NCBI GenBank assembly: GCA_018713515.1
Contig: DVOO01000016.1
Span: 62,659 to 126,658 of the forward strand
Origin: Candidatus Scatomonas pullistercoris
GTDB lineage: Bacteria > Bacillota > Clostridia > Lachnospirales > Lachnospiraceae
Direction: 5' to 3'
DNA: 64,000 nucleotides
This document shows positions 47,424 through 57,885 of the stretch, in pieces. Numbering within the stretch: the first letter of the stretch is position 1; every line of letters starts with the position of its first letter. Under the pieces are notes generated by a model. That model worked only from the letters and a program-made list of their open reading frames with translations, was not told where the DNA came from and searched no databases. The position numbers were made by a program, and so were the translations under genes.

Positions 47424-50400
47424 CAGTCCGCCTCCTCTCTCATTTTTTTCAGAATTTCCTCCGGTGTTTTTTTCCGGATCCTCCGGTAGGAAAAGCCCGG
47501 CAGCCGCTCATCAAAGCCGCACACACCCCGGTAGGGGCAGAAGTCGCAGGCCGTCCTCTGTTCCATTTTATAGGGCCTTGCCTCCGTCCGGCCCTCCAGA
47601 ATCGAACGGCCGATCTCCTGCACCTTCCGCTCCGTAAATCTGCGGATGGCATAGAAATCCCCGCTGCCGCCCACCCGGGAATACCGGGTCAGGCTTCCGT
47701 CCTTCTTAAAGGCCACCGGAATTACCGCGGAGCGTCCATTCTCTCCCAGCTCCTGATCCAGCAAGAACAGAATTTCCTCTTCCTGTCTGGACAGTCCGTC
47801 CAGGCTCAATGCCTTCAGGATCTCCCGTTCCCTCTCTCCGTCACTTTCTCCCGGGGCTCCTTCCACCAGCGGATCGCCGATACGGTAATAATAGATCCCC
47901 GCCGGCTCCACCCGGCAGTCCGGATTTCTCTTTTTTTCCAGCTCCATGGCCGCGTTCAGGTAGACCGCCAGCTGCAGCTGCAGGCCCTCCGAGAGCTCTG
48001 TCAGATCCATAACGGTATTCCCGGTTTTGTAGTCGATGACACGCAGATACAGCCGGTCACCCTCCCGGCAGACGTCCAGCCGGTCGATCCGGCCTTTCAG
48101 AAGCAGCCGCTCATCCGCCGAGAGGGCAATATCCAGGGACGGAAGTCTCCCCATGGAAAAGGCGATTTCCGCTCCTTCCGGCGTAAAGCTTCCCCGGCAG
48201 ATCTGTTCCTGCAGGGCCCATACCGTCCGGCGAAGAATCCGGCCAAGCTTCCGGATCTGATACTCGCTGCGGCTGGAACTGTGAAGAATTGTATTCCCGT
48301 AATCTCCGGTAATCTCTCCCAGAGCCTCATCCGCCAGGGCGTCCCTCTGTTCTTCCGTAAGCGTTCTCCAGGAAAGTCCCTGTTTTTCCATTTTCCGCGA
48401 AAACAGTTCCAGTGCTTCGTGCATGACCGTCCCCATATCCGCAGACCCAAACTCATACCGGACCCTCTCCTGCAGCAGCAGTCCGTATTTCAGAAAATGC
48501 GCGAAAGCGCAGGAGGAAAACTGCTCCAGCCTGGTGGCAGAGTTGGCCAGCACCCTGCCGTACAGGGCCCTGGCGGCCGTCCGTCCGATCCCTCCGCCGC
48601 AGTTCTCATAAAAAGCTGCCGAGAGCAGCCGCTCCAGCTCCTTCTCTCTCTTGGCATCCTTTTTATACCAGCGGTACAGCGCCCCAAAAGCCCTGTCCTG
48701 CCGGCCTTCCAGCTCCCGGTGCAGTCCCTTCAGGAACCGTTCCCGGATGCCGGCCATCGTCTCCAGATGCTCCGTCTCCTCCTGCTCCGTCTCCAGATTC
48801 CGGACGGCAAGGGCCGGAAACAGTTTCCGGATTGTCCCCACCAGATAGGAAGGGAGAAGGGAGGCTCCTCCCGCATCCGCCTTGCAGTAGGAAAGATACA
48901 GCCCCTCCGATGGCTTCGTGAGACTCAGATACAGATAAAACCGCTGCATGTACATTTCTTCCCGGGCGGTGGGAGAAAGCTCCCGGCCCCTGGCGCTTAA
49001 GATTTCCCTGTCCGCCTCCGAGAGGATTCCCGCCTGGCCGGCCGGTTTTGGCACCAGCCCCTCATTGAGGCCCACAAAAAACAGGTATTTGATGTTTTTC
49101 AGCCTGGTCCGCTCGATATCTCCCACCAGCACCTGATCGCTGGCCGGCGGGATCAGTCCCACCTGCACCTCCGCAAGGCCCGCCTCCAGGATCTTCTGAT
49201 AATCCCGGAGACTCATGGGCTCATCCCCCAGCACTTCCACAATCTTGTCCAGAAAGCGCATGACAATGCCGTAGATCTGCGCGTACTCTTTCTGCAGAGC
49301 CGCCTCTCCCCGGCGGGCAAAGGTCTCCTCCTGCGCCTTCAGCTTCCGCTGGGCGTCAACTTTTACAATCAGTTCATAGAGTACCCGGGTCTTTCGTCCG
49401 GCTGTGGAACGTCTCTCCCGCATGCCCGCGGCAAATGCATCTGTTTCCTCCAGGAACCGCTCCCGGAGATGGTTCATGGCTTCCGCTTCCTCAGGCTTTG
49501 CTCCCCGGAAACTCCGCACCCAGCGTTCCGCATACTGCTTCCGCCCGTGGATTCCCAGCGCCAGCACGTAATTTTCCAGCCGGTCCAGCTCTTCTCCGGT
49601 AAAGCCGCTGAAACCGCAGCGCAGATACCGGAATACGCTCTCATAGGAATAACTCTGCACTGCCATATCCAGCGCCGCCCGGATAAATTCCACAAAGGGA
49701 TTGGCCAGGGCGGGCCGCTTCTCGTCCACAAAACAGGGGATCCCTCCGGCCGCAAATGCTCTCTGGGCTTCCTTTCCGTAATCGGCCAGGTCGCCGGCCA
49801 CCACGGCAAAATCCCGGTATCTGCAGCCCTTTTCTCTCACCAGGCGCCGGATGGTTCCCGCCACGTACTCCATCTCCATGGCCGGGGTTTCCGCCGCGCA
49901 GAGAGAAACAGCGTTCTGCTCTCCCCTCCAGACCTCTCTCCCGTACCGGAACAGATGGCGCTCCAGAAAAGCCAGAGCCGGGCTCTCTGCAAAGCGGCTC
50001 TTCTCTCCAGGCAGAACCCAGCAGGGATCCAGTACCTCCGTCCCGGACAGCGCCGCCGTCTCCGTCAGTCTGCGGATCATCTTCCTGGTCATGTGGAACA
50101 GTCTGTGGGGGCCGTCCTTCCGGTACAGATCCTCTCTCTGATCCAGTGCCGCCGTCACATAAACCTGCCCGCAGAGGCGCAGCAGCTGTTCCAGCACATG
50201 GCACTGGGCCGGGGTGAAACCCGTAAAGCCATCCAGCACCGCCACGCTCCCCCGCACCAGGCGGGACTCTCCGATCACGCCGCAGAGCAGCTCCGGAAGC
50301 TCCTCCGCCGTCAGATATTTTTCCGACAGGTAATCCGAGAACCCCTGGTAGATCACAGCCACATCCCGGAGCTTCAGGGAGAGCAGATCTTCCCTCTCTC

Positions 50401-50827
50401 CCCAGTCCGCAAGCTCCGCCGGGGTCACAGAATACTGCAGGAATTCGGAAACCAGCGATTTCATCTGGCTGACAGCCCCCGGCTGCCGCAGCGTTCCGCC
50501 CAGAACCTTCAGCTCCTGCTGTTTCTCCTGGATCACTCTCTGAAGTACCAGGCTCTTCCCTGTCTCCTCCAGCACCGGCAGGGCATTTCCCCCGGTCTCG
50601 GAAAACACCCGGTAGGCCAGCCGGTTAAAGCTCAGAACGTCAATATTCAGAAGTCCCTTCCTGGGATGAAGCGCCACCAGTTCCCTCTGGGTCTGCAGCG
50701 TAAACTGCTCCGGCACGATCACCAGATATTTCTTCTCCGGATGTTCCAGGGATTCCTTTATGATCTTTTCGTAGATAAAATGAGATTTTCCGGCGCCGCT
50801 TGGGCCCAGCACAAACTGTAATGCCAT
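47423..50827 (-). CDS. addB: helicase-exonuclease AddAB, subunit AddB
   Basis: The N-terminus is GPSGAGKS. The C-terminal nuclease/Fe-S segment includes IDYKTG and CDFCPYRGVCGF. The ATG at 50827 has an AGGAGG RBS, and the stop overlaps the addA start (ATGA). Confidence 0.93.
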   Translation of the reverse strand: MALQFVLGPSGAGKSHFIYEKIIKESLEHPEKKYLVIVPEQFTLQTQRELVALHPRKGLLNIDVLSFNRLAYRVFSETGGNALPVLEETGKSLVLQRVIQEKQQELKVLGGTLRQPGAVSQMKSLVSEFLQYSVTPAELADWGEREDLLSLKLRDVAVIYQGFSDYLSEKYLTAEELPELLCGVIGESRLVRGSVAVLDGFTGFTPAQCHVLEQLLRLCGQVYVTAALDQREDLYRKDGPHRLFHMTRKMIRRLTETAALSGTEVLDPCWVLPGEKSRFAESPALAFLERHLFRYGREVWRGEQNAVSLCAAETPAMEMEYVAGTIRRLVREKGCRYRDFAVVAGDLADYGKEAQRAFAAGGIPCFVDEKRPALANPFVEFIRAALDMAVQSYSYESVFRYLRCGFSGFTGEELDRLENYVLALGIHGRKQYAERWVRSFRGAKPEEAEAMNHLRERFLEETDAFAAGMRERRSTAGRKTRVLYELIVKVDAQRKLKAQEETFARRGEAALQKEYAQIYGIVMRFLDKIVEVLGDEPMSLRDYQKILEAGLAEVQVGLIPPASDQVLVGDIERTRLKNIKYLFFVGLNEGLVPKPAGQAGILSEADREILSARGRELSPTAREEMYMQRFYLYLSLTKPSEGLYLSYCKADAGGASLLPSYLVGTIRKLFPALAVRNLETEQEETEHLETMAGIRERFLKGLHRELEGRQDRAFGALYRWYKKDAKREKELERLLSAAFYENCGGGIGRTAARALYGRVLANSATRLEQFSSCAFAHFLKYGLLLQERVRYEFGSADMGTVMHEALELFSRKMEKQGLSWRTLTEEQRDALADEALGEITGDYGNTILHSSSRSEYQIRKLGRILRRTVWALQEQICRGSFTPEGAEIAFSMGRLPSLDIALSADERLLLKGRIDRLDVCREGDRLYLRVIDYKTGNTVMDLTELSEGLQLQLAVYLNAAMELEKKRNPDCRVEPAGIYYYRIGDPLVEGAPGESDGEREREILKALSLDGLSRQEEEILFLLDQELGENGRSAVIPVAFKKDGSLTRYSRVGGSGDFYAIRRFTERKVQEIGRSILEGRTEARPYKMEQRTACDFCPYRGVCGFDERLPGFSYRRIRKKTPEEILKKMREEAD

Positions 50828-50917
50828 ACCGCCTCCTGCTGCATAACTTTTCCCTGCATAAATTCCCCTCTCCCCTAATATCATATATAGAAAACAAAAA
50901 AAGGAGTCCCAGCGCCC

Positions 50918-51370
50918 ATGAGTTCAAAAACGAAGATCGTCGTCTTACATATGAAAGAAGTCGTGTACACTGCTATCTTTCTGGCACTGGCAGTATTTAT
51001 GCTGATTCTGGTGTTTACCATGTTTCATAAAAAGGACCAGGACGATGCCGGCGCCGCCTCCGACACTGCCGAGACAGCGGTCTATGTTCCCGGCGTCTAC
51101 ACCTCCTCCATCGAGCTGAATGAGAATTCCTTTGACGTCCAGGTCACTGTGGACGCAGACCATATCAACTCCATCGAGCTGGTCAACTTAAGCGAGACCG
51201 CCACCGTTATGTACCCGCTGATGGAGCCCACCCTGGATGAGATCGCCCAGCAGATCTACACCACCCAGTCTACGGAAAATATCACCTACTCCGATGACAA
51301 CAAGTACACCTCCATGCTCCTGCTGGATGCCATCGAAGATGCTCTGGGCAAGGCGAAAATTCCGGAGTAA
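50918..51370 (+). CDS. membrane-anchored protein with a degenerate FMN_bind-like domain
   Basis: It has an N-terminal TM anchor (VVYTAIFLALAVFMLILVF). The rest follows the FMN_bind layout (YVPGVYTSS..VQVTVD..INSIELVN..ET..). In place of the S/T-G-A-S/T flavinylation motif it has SDDNKYTS. Confidence 0.45.
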   Translation: MSSKTKIVVLHMKEVVYTAIFLALAVFMLILVFTMFHKKDQDDAGAASDTAETAVYVPGVYTSSIELNENSFDVQVTVDADHINSIELVNLSETATVMYPLMEPTLDEIAQQIYTTQSTENITYSDDNKYTSMLLLDAIEDALGKAKIPE

Positions 51371-51375
51371 TGTCC

Positions 51376-52506
51376 TCATAAAATACCCATAAACTGCTTC
51401 AGAGAAAACCGGTTTTCATCCTCCAGCATGGACTCCATGCGATTCAGATTCTCATCCAGATGCTCCGTCTCCCGGGCATAGCGGCAGGCTGTCACGGCTG
51501 CGGCATGTTCCGGCAGCCTTCCCAGGCTCTGCCTCCACCCGGCCCGGAGCAGTTCCCGGATGATAACCGTGGAGGCCGCGGCAAATTTTACTTTTCCATA
51601 AGCCTTCCTGTCATAAACCGCGCCGCAGAAATAAACGTACAGAAAATATACCATCAGCTGTTCTGCCATCGTATCGGTAAACAGTATTTCCAATTCCTTT
51701 TTCTCCTCCGGAGCCGGCTCCTGCTGCAGGCTGTTCTGCGCGTTCTGCAGATACGGCTCCCAGGATTCCCGGAGGGGTTTCAGTTCTTTTAATATTTCCA
51801 TGAGACTGTTTGGCATCCCTGCTCTTCGGCCGGGCCTCTCCCTCTCCAGACGCACCGCGAACCAGTCCCAGACTCCCGGGGAACTGTACCGCCGGAACAG
51901 TTCCCCCGCTGCCGCTTCCGCATGTCTGTCCAGCCTCTGCTGCAGATCATGGGCCAGTGCCAGCACAACGGCCGCCCGGAGTCTCCAGGGCTTCTGCCGG
52001 TTCTGCAGAAGCCGGAACATCAGCCGTCGGGCCGCCCTCAAGGTCCGGAACAGATCCGAATCAAACTCCGGATACTTTTCCGGCGTCCCCGGACGTCTCG
52101 TCTTCAAAAGCTTTGCAGGTGCCTGCCCGGACAGAATCAGCTCCGCCGCTTCGGGGCAGGACAGAGAAAGAGAATATTCCCGGACTCCCTGAAATTCTTC
52201 CACATGGCGGGGAAAAATATGACAGGCGCGGCAGAGCGCGCCTTCTCCCCCTCCTTCCAGATAAAGATCACACAGCCCCTCCTCATTCAGCAGCGTGCAC
52301 TTTCCCCCGTACTGGCGGAAACAGCCGTTTTCCCAGTCAATTTCATTCCGAAGCCTGGAACCGAAAGCTCCCGGCATTTTCCTGTATTTCTTCAGGGACG
52401 CCGGATCAATCTGAATCTTCCAGCCCGCGCAGCAGGTGGAAGGACAGGCGCTGCCGGTACATTTAAATTTTTTATAATATTGGGGAAATAAATACTGCAT
52501 GCTCAT
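51376..52506 (-). CDS. FliB-family (flagellin lysine-N-methylase-like) cysteine-cluster protein
   Basis: The N-terminus is YYKKFKCTGSACPSTCCAGWKIQID, with a later CRACHIFP. This matches the YkgJ/FliB-type Cys-cluster family. I see no flagellar genes in the window. Confidence 0.65.
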   Translation of the reverse strand: MSMQYLFPQYYKKFKCTGSACPSTCCAGWKIQIDPASLKKYRKMPGAFGSRLRNEIDWENGCFRQYGGKCTLLNEEGLCDLYLEGGGEGALCRACHIFPRHVEEFQGVREYSLSLSCPEAAELILSGQAPAKLLKTRRPGTPEKYPEFDSDLFRTLRAARRLMFRLLQNRQKPWRLRAAVVLALAHDLQQRLDRHAEAAAGELFRRYSSPGVWDWFAVRLERERPGRRAGMPNSLMEILKELKPLRESWEPYLQNAQNSLQQEPAPEEKKELEILFTDTMAEQLMVYFLYVYFCGAVYDRKAYGKVKFAAASTVIIRELLRAGWRQSLGRLPEHAAAVTACRYARETEHLDENLNRMESMLEDENRFSLKQFMGIL

Positions 52507-52668
52507 ATCCTGCCTGTGATTTTCTATATCTCTGTTTATTATAAAGGCCCGGCGTAAACTTTGCCAGTACCTATTCTCCAGATTCTGCAGATCCCAATAA
52601 AACCGGCAAAAAAATCGCGCGCTGTTTTCCCGTAACAAACGCACGATTTTTCACAAATTTCACAGTCT

Positions 52669-53850
52669 TTATGGTTCCCGCAGGAGTCTTCCCCTGTGGA
52701 TCACATGCTGAAGCTCCAGAGACTCTCTGTCAAGAATTAATGCATCGGCAATTTTTCCCTCCTCAATACTTCCTGTCCATGCATCAATTCCGATGGATCT
52801 GGCCGGATTCAGAGAAGCGCATTTCACTGCGTCATAAAGAGAGATCCCCATATTTTTTACACATCTTCGCATACATGCAAATAAATTCGTTACGCTGGCC
52901 GCGATGGTTCCGTCCGCCAGAAGCGCCCTTCCCTCCCGCACATAGACCGTATGGCCGCCCAGCTCGTATGTCCCGTCACCCATTCCGGCAGCCCGCATGC
53001 TGTCGCTGATCAGAACAATCCGGTCCGCTCCAAACATCCGGAAGGTATTCCGTACAACACTTGGATGATTGTGCATTCCATCCGCGATCAATTCAACCAT
53101 GCACGCCGGATTATCCCCTGCCGCGCCGACTATGCCCGGCTCCCGGTGTCCATAAGGGCTCATGGCATTGTACAGATGCGTCACATGGCTGGCTCCGGCC
53201 CTAAATGCCTGCACGGCTGTATCATAATCTGCGCTGCTGTGAGCAAGGGAGATTACCACCTGATCTCTGAAGCGCCGGATCAGCTCCAGAGCGCCTTCTC
53301 TTTCCGGCGCCAGATCCAGAAGACGGATCCGGTTTCCGGCAGCTTTCTGAAATTTCAGGAACAGCTCCGGATCCGGTTTCGCTATATTCCCGCTTTCCTG
53401 AGACCCTTTTTTCTCCGGGGAAAGAAAGGGGCCTTCCAGATGAATCCCTGCGATTTGCGCGCCTCGGAATCCCGCTTCGGATTCCGTCAGCTCCTCCCGG
53501 GAACAAAAAGTATGGATCGTCCGCAAGGTACGGAGAATCTGCTCCACCGGCATGGTCATGGTTGTAGGACAGATGGTTGTAATTCCGTGTTCTGCCTGAT
53601 ATACCGCAATCTCTTGAAGTGCCTCTTCCGATGCGTCTCCAAAATCATAACCTGCACAGCCATGCAGATGTATATCCACCAGCCCCGGTATTACCCATCC
53701 TCCTTTTGCATCTATTATTCTCTCCTGATTCCGTGGAAGCACATCTTCCCGATAAATTTTTTCAAACTTCTTTCCTTTTATCCGCACGGAACCGCGGAAG
53801 AATCCATGCTTCCCGCTGAATACCCTGCCATTACAGATCAGCATTCTCAA
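52669..53850 (-). CDS. nagA: N-acetylglucosamine-6-phosphate deacetylase
   Basis: It has GLVDIHLHGCAGYDF, HLEGPFLS and AHS..D motifs of the amidohydrolase fold. The start is either TTG 53850 (9 nt from GGAG) or ATG 53844. Confidence 0.88.
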   Translation of the reverse strand: MRMLICNGRVFSGKHGFFRGSVRIKGKKFEKIYREDVLPRNQERIIDAKGGWVIPGLVDIHLHGCAGYDFGDASEEALQEIAVYQAEHGITTICPTTMTMPVEQILRTLRTIHTFCSREELTESEAGFRGAQIAGIHLEGPFLSPEKKGSQESGNIAKPDPELFLKFQKAAGNRIRLLDLAPEREGALELIRRFRDQVVISLAHSSADYDTAVQAFRAGASHVTHLYNAMSPYGHREPGIVGAAGDNPACMVELIADGMHNHPSVVRNTFRMFGADRIVLISDSMRAAGMGDGTYELGGHTVYVREGRALLADGTIAASVTNLFACMRRCVKNMGISLYDAVKCASLNPARSIGIDAWTGSIEEGKIADALILDRESLELQHVIHRGRLLREP

Positions 53851-55761
53851 TTACAGCTTCTCCAGCTGATCCAGCCAGATCCGGGCGCATCCATCGCTTG
53901 GCATCCGCAGATCTCCCCTGGGAGATACGGCCACCGACCCTACCTTGGGCCCGTCCGGCAGGCAGGAGCGCTTGAACTGCTGGGCAAAAAATCTCCGGTA
54001 AAAACTCTTCAGCCATTTCAGAACCGTATCGCTGTCATACTCTCCCTCAAAGGCTCTGCGGGCAATCCGGAAAATTTTCAGAGGCTCAAAGCCCGCCCGC
54101 AGCATATAGTACAGGAAAAAGTCATGAAGCTCATAAGGGCCCACCAGCTCCTCGGTTTTCTGAGAAATCTTCCCATCCTCCGGCGGAAGCAGCTCCGGAC
54201 TCACCGGCGTATCCAGCACATCCAGCAGAACGCGGGAAAGTTCCTGTTCCTGGCAGGTATCCGCGTAATAGCGGACCAGATGGCGCACCAGGGTCTTCGG
54301 CACGGAAGCATTGACCGCGTACATGGACATATGGTCTCCATTGTAGGTGGCCCATCCGAGAGCCAGCTCCGAGAGATCCCCCGTACCGATCACCAGCCCT
54401 CCCGTCTGGTTGGCTATATCCATCAGAATCTGCGTGCGCTCCCGGGCCTGGCTGTTTTCATACGTCACATCATGCTTCTCCGGATCCTGTCCGATATCCC
54501 GGAAATGAAGTTCCACGGCCTCCCTGATGTCCACCTCTCTGAGGGAGGCTCCCAGACACCGGGTCAGCTGACAGGCGTTCTGATAGGTCCTGTCTGTCGT
54601 TCCAAAACACGGCATAGTCACGGCCGTGATTTTGTCCCGGGACAGCCCCAGAAGATCAAAGGCCCGGGCTGCCACCAGCAGAGCCAGGGTGGAATCCAGG
54701 CCGCCGGATATGCCAATGACCGCGCTCTGGCAGCGGGTATGCTCCAGCCGTTTTTTCAGTCCCATCGCCTGTATATTCAGGATCTCATCGCAGCGCTTAT
54801 CCCGGTCTCCCTGATCGGAAGGCACAAAGGGCCGGGCGGAAAAAGTCCGGGTCAGTTCCGTCTTGCCGACCACCAGGCTGAAGGGCACAGTCACATACCC
54901 CTCCGGCCGCTGGGCGGGATAGGTGGTCATTCTTCTCCTCTCGCTGACCAGCCGGTCAACATCCAGCTCCGTACATATCGTCTGATTTTTAAAGCGTTCC
55001 GCCTCCGCCAGTATCGTACCGTTTTCAGCAATCATATTCTGGGCTCCGAACACCAGATCCGTGGAGGATTCTCCCTCCCCGGCATCCGCGTAAATATAGC
55101 CGGCTACCAGCCGGGCCGACTGGCTGCGGACCAGTTCTCTCCGATACGTATCCTTTCCCGTCATCTCATCGCTGGCCGAGAGATTCACCAGCACCGTGGC
55201 ACCCGCCAGAGCATGGCTTACACTGGGCGGGTTCGGCACCCAGAGATCCTCGCAGATCTCCGCCGCCACAATCAGGCGCGGCAGTTCCCGGCAGGCAAAC
55301 AGCAGATTCATGCCAAAGGGAATCCGCTCTCCTTCCCGCTCAATCCATACCGTCTGCTCTTCGCCCGGGGTAAAATGACGGCCCTCATAAAATTCATGGT
55401 AGCTGGGAAGATATTTTTTTGGCACAATTCCCAGAAGCTTTCCCCGGTTCATAACCGCCGCCACATTGTACAGTTTTCCGAATATTTCCATGGGCATGCC
55501 CACAAAAATCAGGGCGTCCACCCCCCGTGTCTCATCCAGCAGACGGCTCAGCTGACGTTCTGATTCCCAGATCAGCTGCTCCTGCCAGAACAGATCGCTG
55601 CAGGTGTAGCCGGTAACGGCCAGCTCCGGGAGCACCATGATTTTTGCTCCCGCCCTGCTCATTTCCCGAATACTTTCCAGAATAACCCGTGTATTCTCCA
55701 CACAATCCGCCACCAGAATTTTCGGTGTGGCGGCGGCCACCTTTACAAATCCCTGTCTCAT
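53851..55761 (-). CDS. nadE: glutamine-dependent NAD+ synthetase
   Basis: An N-terminal CN-hydrolase domain (..PELAVTGYTC.., AEICEDLW) is followed by a C-terminal synthetase domain with SGGLDS. The ATG at 55761 has an AAGGAG RBS. Confidence 0.92.
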   Translation of the reverse strand: MRQGFVKVAAATPKILVADCVENTRVILESIREMSRAGAKIMVLPELAVTGYTCSDLFWQEQLIWESERQLSRLLDETRGVDALIFVGMPMEIFGKLYNVAAVMNRGKLLGIVPKKYLPSYHEFYEGRHFTPGEEQTVWIEREGERIPFGMNLLFACRELPRLIVAAEICEDLWVPNPPSVSHALAGATVLVNLSASDEMTGKDTYRRELVRSQSARLVAGYIYADAGEGESSTDLVFGAQNMIAENGTILAEAERFKNQTICTELDVDRLVSERRRMTTYPAQRPEGYVTVPFSLVVGKTELTRTFSARPFVPSDQGDRDKRCDEILNIQAMGLKKRLEHTRCQSAVIGISGGLDSTLALLVAARAFDLLGLSRDKITAVTMPCFGTTDRTYQNACQLTRCLGASLREVDIREAVELHFRDIGQDPEKHDVTYENSQARERTQILMDIANQTGGLVIGTGDLSELALGWATYNGDHMSMYAVNASVPKTLVRHLVRYYADTCQEQELSRVLLDVLDTPVSPELLPPEDGKISQKTEELVGPYELHDFFLYYMLRAGFEPLKIFRIARRAFEGEYDSDTVLKWLKSFYRRFFAQQFKRSCLPDGPKVGSVAVSPRGDLRMPSDGCARIWLDQLEKL

Positions 55762-55771
55762 ATGCTTCTCC

Positions 55772-56662
55772 TTATCTCCGCGCCGCGGCCAGCAGCTCCT
55801 CCAACTCCGCCACGGAAAACTCATATTTACTGCTGCAGAAATGGCAGACAAGCTCTACCGGTTTGCCGTCAGCAATCATGCTTTTCAGTTCCCTCTCTCC
55901 GATACTGATCAATGCCCTGGCTACCCGGTCTCTGCTGCAGTTGCAGGAAAATTCCACGGGAATCCGGTCATTAATTTCCAAATCCATTTCCGACAGCAGC
56001 CGCTCCAGGATCATTTCCGGGGTGCAGCCCTCTTCCAGAAGGCCGGTCACAGAGGTAACACGGCTTAATTTTTCCTCCAGCTTTTTGATGGTTTCTTCGC
56101 CGGTTCCCGGCATCAGCTGCACAATAAAGCCTCCGGCCTGCCGCACCGTATTGGAGGGATCCATCAGGACGCCCAGGCCCACGGAGGAGGGCACCTGTTC
56201 ACTGACGGCAAAATAATAGGTCAGGTCATCTCCGATCTCCCCGGTCTGCAGCTCCACCTGTCCGCTGTAGGGTTCCTTCAGTCCCAGGTCTTTGATCACC
56301 GTCAGGCTTCCTCTTCCCACAGCTCCGCCCACATCCAGCTTTCCCCGGCTGTTGGCCGGGATCAGCACGGCGGGCTGGTCAGCAAAGCCCTTGACCCTTC
56401 CTTTGGAATCCGCCGTCACCGTCAGCCCGTGGACAGGCCCGTCTCCTCTCACCTGGATGGTCAGGATATCTCTGTCCCCCTTCATCATCAGGCCCATCAT
56501 GCACCCGGCTGTCAGAAGCCGGCCCAGGGCCGCCGTGACCACCGGGCTGGTATTGTGAAGTCCTCTGGCCTTCTCCGTCAGATTTCTCGTTGTCGCCGCA
56601 AAGGCGCGGATATAACCGCCGGCGGCTGTGGCTCTCACTGCGTAATCTCTGTATTCACTCAT
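55772..56662 (-). CDS. hslO: Hsp33 family redox-regulated chaperone
   Basis: 296 aa with the C-terminal zinc centre CNCSRDR..CHFC. Confidence 0.92.
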   Translation of the reverse strand: MSEYRDYAVRATAAGGYIRAFAATTRNLTEKARGLHNTSPVVTAALGRLLTAGCMMGLMMKGDRDILTIQVRGDGPVHGLTVTADSKGRVKGFADQPAVLIPANSRGKLDVGGAVGRGSLTVIKDLGLKEPYSGQVELQTGEIGDDLTYYFAVSEQVPSSVGLGVLMDPSNTVRQAGGFIVQLMPGTGEETIKKLEEKLSRVTSVTGLLEEGCTPEMILERLLSEMDLEINDRIPVEFSCNCSRDRVARALISIGERELKSMIADGKPVELVCHFCSSKYEFSVAELEELLAAARR

Positions 56663-57426
56663 TCTTCTCTCTCTCTTTCTTTTCCCTGTTCCCGGGCTAT
56701 GACCAGGATTCTGTCACAGTCCGCCCCGGGTGTTCCCTCTGTGTATCCTTTATGGGCCTCCAGAAACTTAAGGCCGGCCCCTTCCAGCAGCTCTTTGATT
56801 TCCGGCAGCGTGTAGGCCCTCTGGTAGTGCGTTTCCTCAAACTTCCGGTACAGTCCGCTCTCTTCCCGCAGAAAAAAAGTCAGATCGTACTCATTGATTT
56901 TTTCCTCCGGATCATAATAGTTTTCCCAGATAAAGCTGCCTTCTTCCCGGCTGTCCGCAATCGTATCCTCCCCGATCTGCCTGTACTTTTCCTCTGTGCT
57001 GAAATCAAAGCAGAACAGCCCTCCCGGATCCAGATAATTATTCACCAGCCGGAATACCCGCAGCAGCTCCTCCCTCTCCAGAATATAATTCAGAGAATCG
57101 CAACAGCTGACCACCGCCCGTACCGTTCCGTACAGTTCAAATTCCCTCATATCCTGCAGAAGATACAGAATATCCCGGCCGGACTCCAGCTTCTTTTCCT
57201 GGGCCTCCTCCAGCATGTCCGGAGAACCGTCCACGCCGATCATATCATAGCCGGCCGCGGAGAGCAGTTCCGTCATTTTTCCCGTCCCGCAGCCCAGATC
57301 CAGCACCAGGCCGTCCCGGATTCCATATTTTTTTAATTTTTCCGTGAGAAACCGGCTCCAGGTTCCGTAATCCACATCATCCATAAACAGATCGTAAACC
57401 CTGGCAAAACTCTGGTACGCTTCCAT
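56659..57426 (-). CDS. class I SAM-dependent methyltransferase
   Basis: It carries SAM-binding motif I, VLDLGCGTG. Its stop overlaps the hslO start (ATGA). Confidence 0.85.
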   Translation of the reverse strand: MEAYQSFARVYDLFMDDVDYGTWSRFLTEKLKKYGIRDGLVLDLGCGTGKMTELLSAAGYDMIGVDGSPDMLEEAQEKKLESGRDILYLLQDMREFELYGTVRAVVSCCDSLNYILEREELLRVFRLVNNYLDPGGLFCFDFSTEEKYRQIGEDTIADSREEGSFIWENYYDPEEKINEYDLTFFLREESGLYRKFEETHYQRAYTLPEIKELLEGAGLKFLEAHKGYTEGTPGADCDRILVIAREQGKEREREE

Positions 57427-57439
57427 AAGCTCCTCCTGT

Positions 57440-57772
57440 TCACTCGATCCGGTTCTGATCGCCCCATTCGCACATGGCGTCCAGAATCGGGATCAGCGTT
57501 TTCCCCCGTTCCGTGAGACTGTACTCCACCTTCGGAGGAATCTGGGGATACTCCTCCCGGTGAATCAGCTGATCTCTCTCCAGCTCCTTCAGCATCAGGC
57601 TCAGAGTCTTATAAGAAATCCCGCCGATATATTTTTTCATCTCATTGAACCGGACCACGCCAAATTCCATCAGCGTATACAGAATTGTCATTTTATATTT
57701 CCCGTTGATCAGCGACAGCGTATAACTGAATCCCGTTTCCTCCAATCTGGCATTGGAAATGCAATCTTTCAT
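57440..57772 (-). CDS. HxlR-family winged-helix transcriptional regulator
   Basis: The segments LINGKYKMTILYTL..RFNEMKK.I..IS.KTLS..LKELE.D.LI.R are typical of HxlR. The gene is divergent from the aldolase-like gene. Confidence 0.85.
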   Translation of the reverse strand: MKDCISNARLEETGFSYTLSLINGKYKMTILYTLMEFGVVRFNEMKKYIGGISYKTLSLMLKELERDQLIHREEYPQIPPKVEYSLTERGKTLIPILDAMCEWGDQNRIE

Positions 57773-57885
57773 ATTATACTCTCCTCCAGGTAAGTACACT
57801 ATCTGAATATTTGTACTTGCATATTTTCCCGTTCTCGATAGAATTATAATGGGTACAGTTTAAAAAAGCAACAGGAGGACCAGAA

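Noticed and set aside
52951-55563. 870-aa plus-strand ORF
   Set aside because: It is antisense to nagA and nadE, and its translation has no motifs. The same reasoning applies to 43782-45617, 47405-49000 and 49469-50821 (antisense to addA/addB). It also applies to 12690-13805 (antisense to fhs), 11121-12308 (antisense to the URO-D gene), 18926-20053 (antisense to hisC) and 59946-61232 (antisense to clpB).
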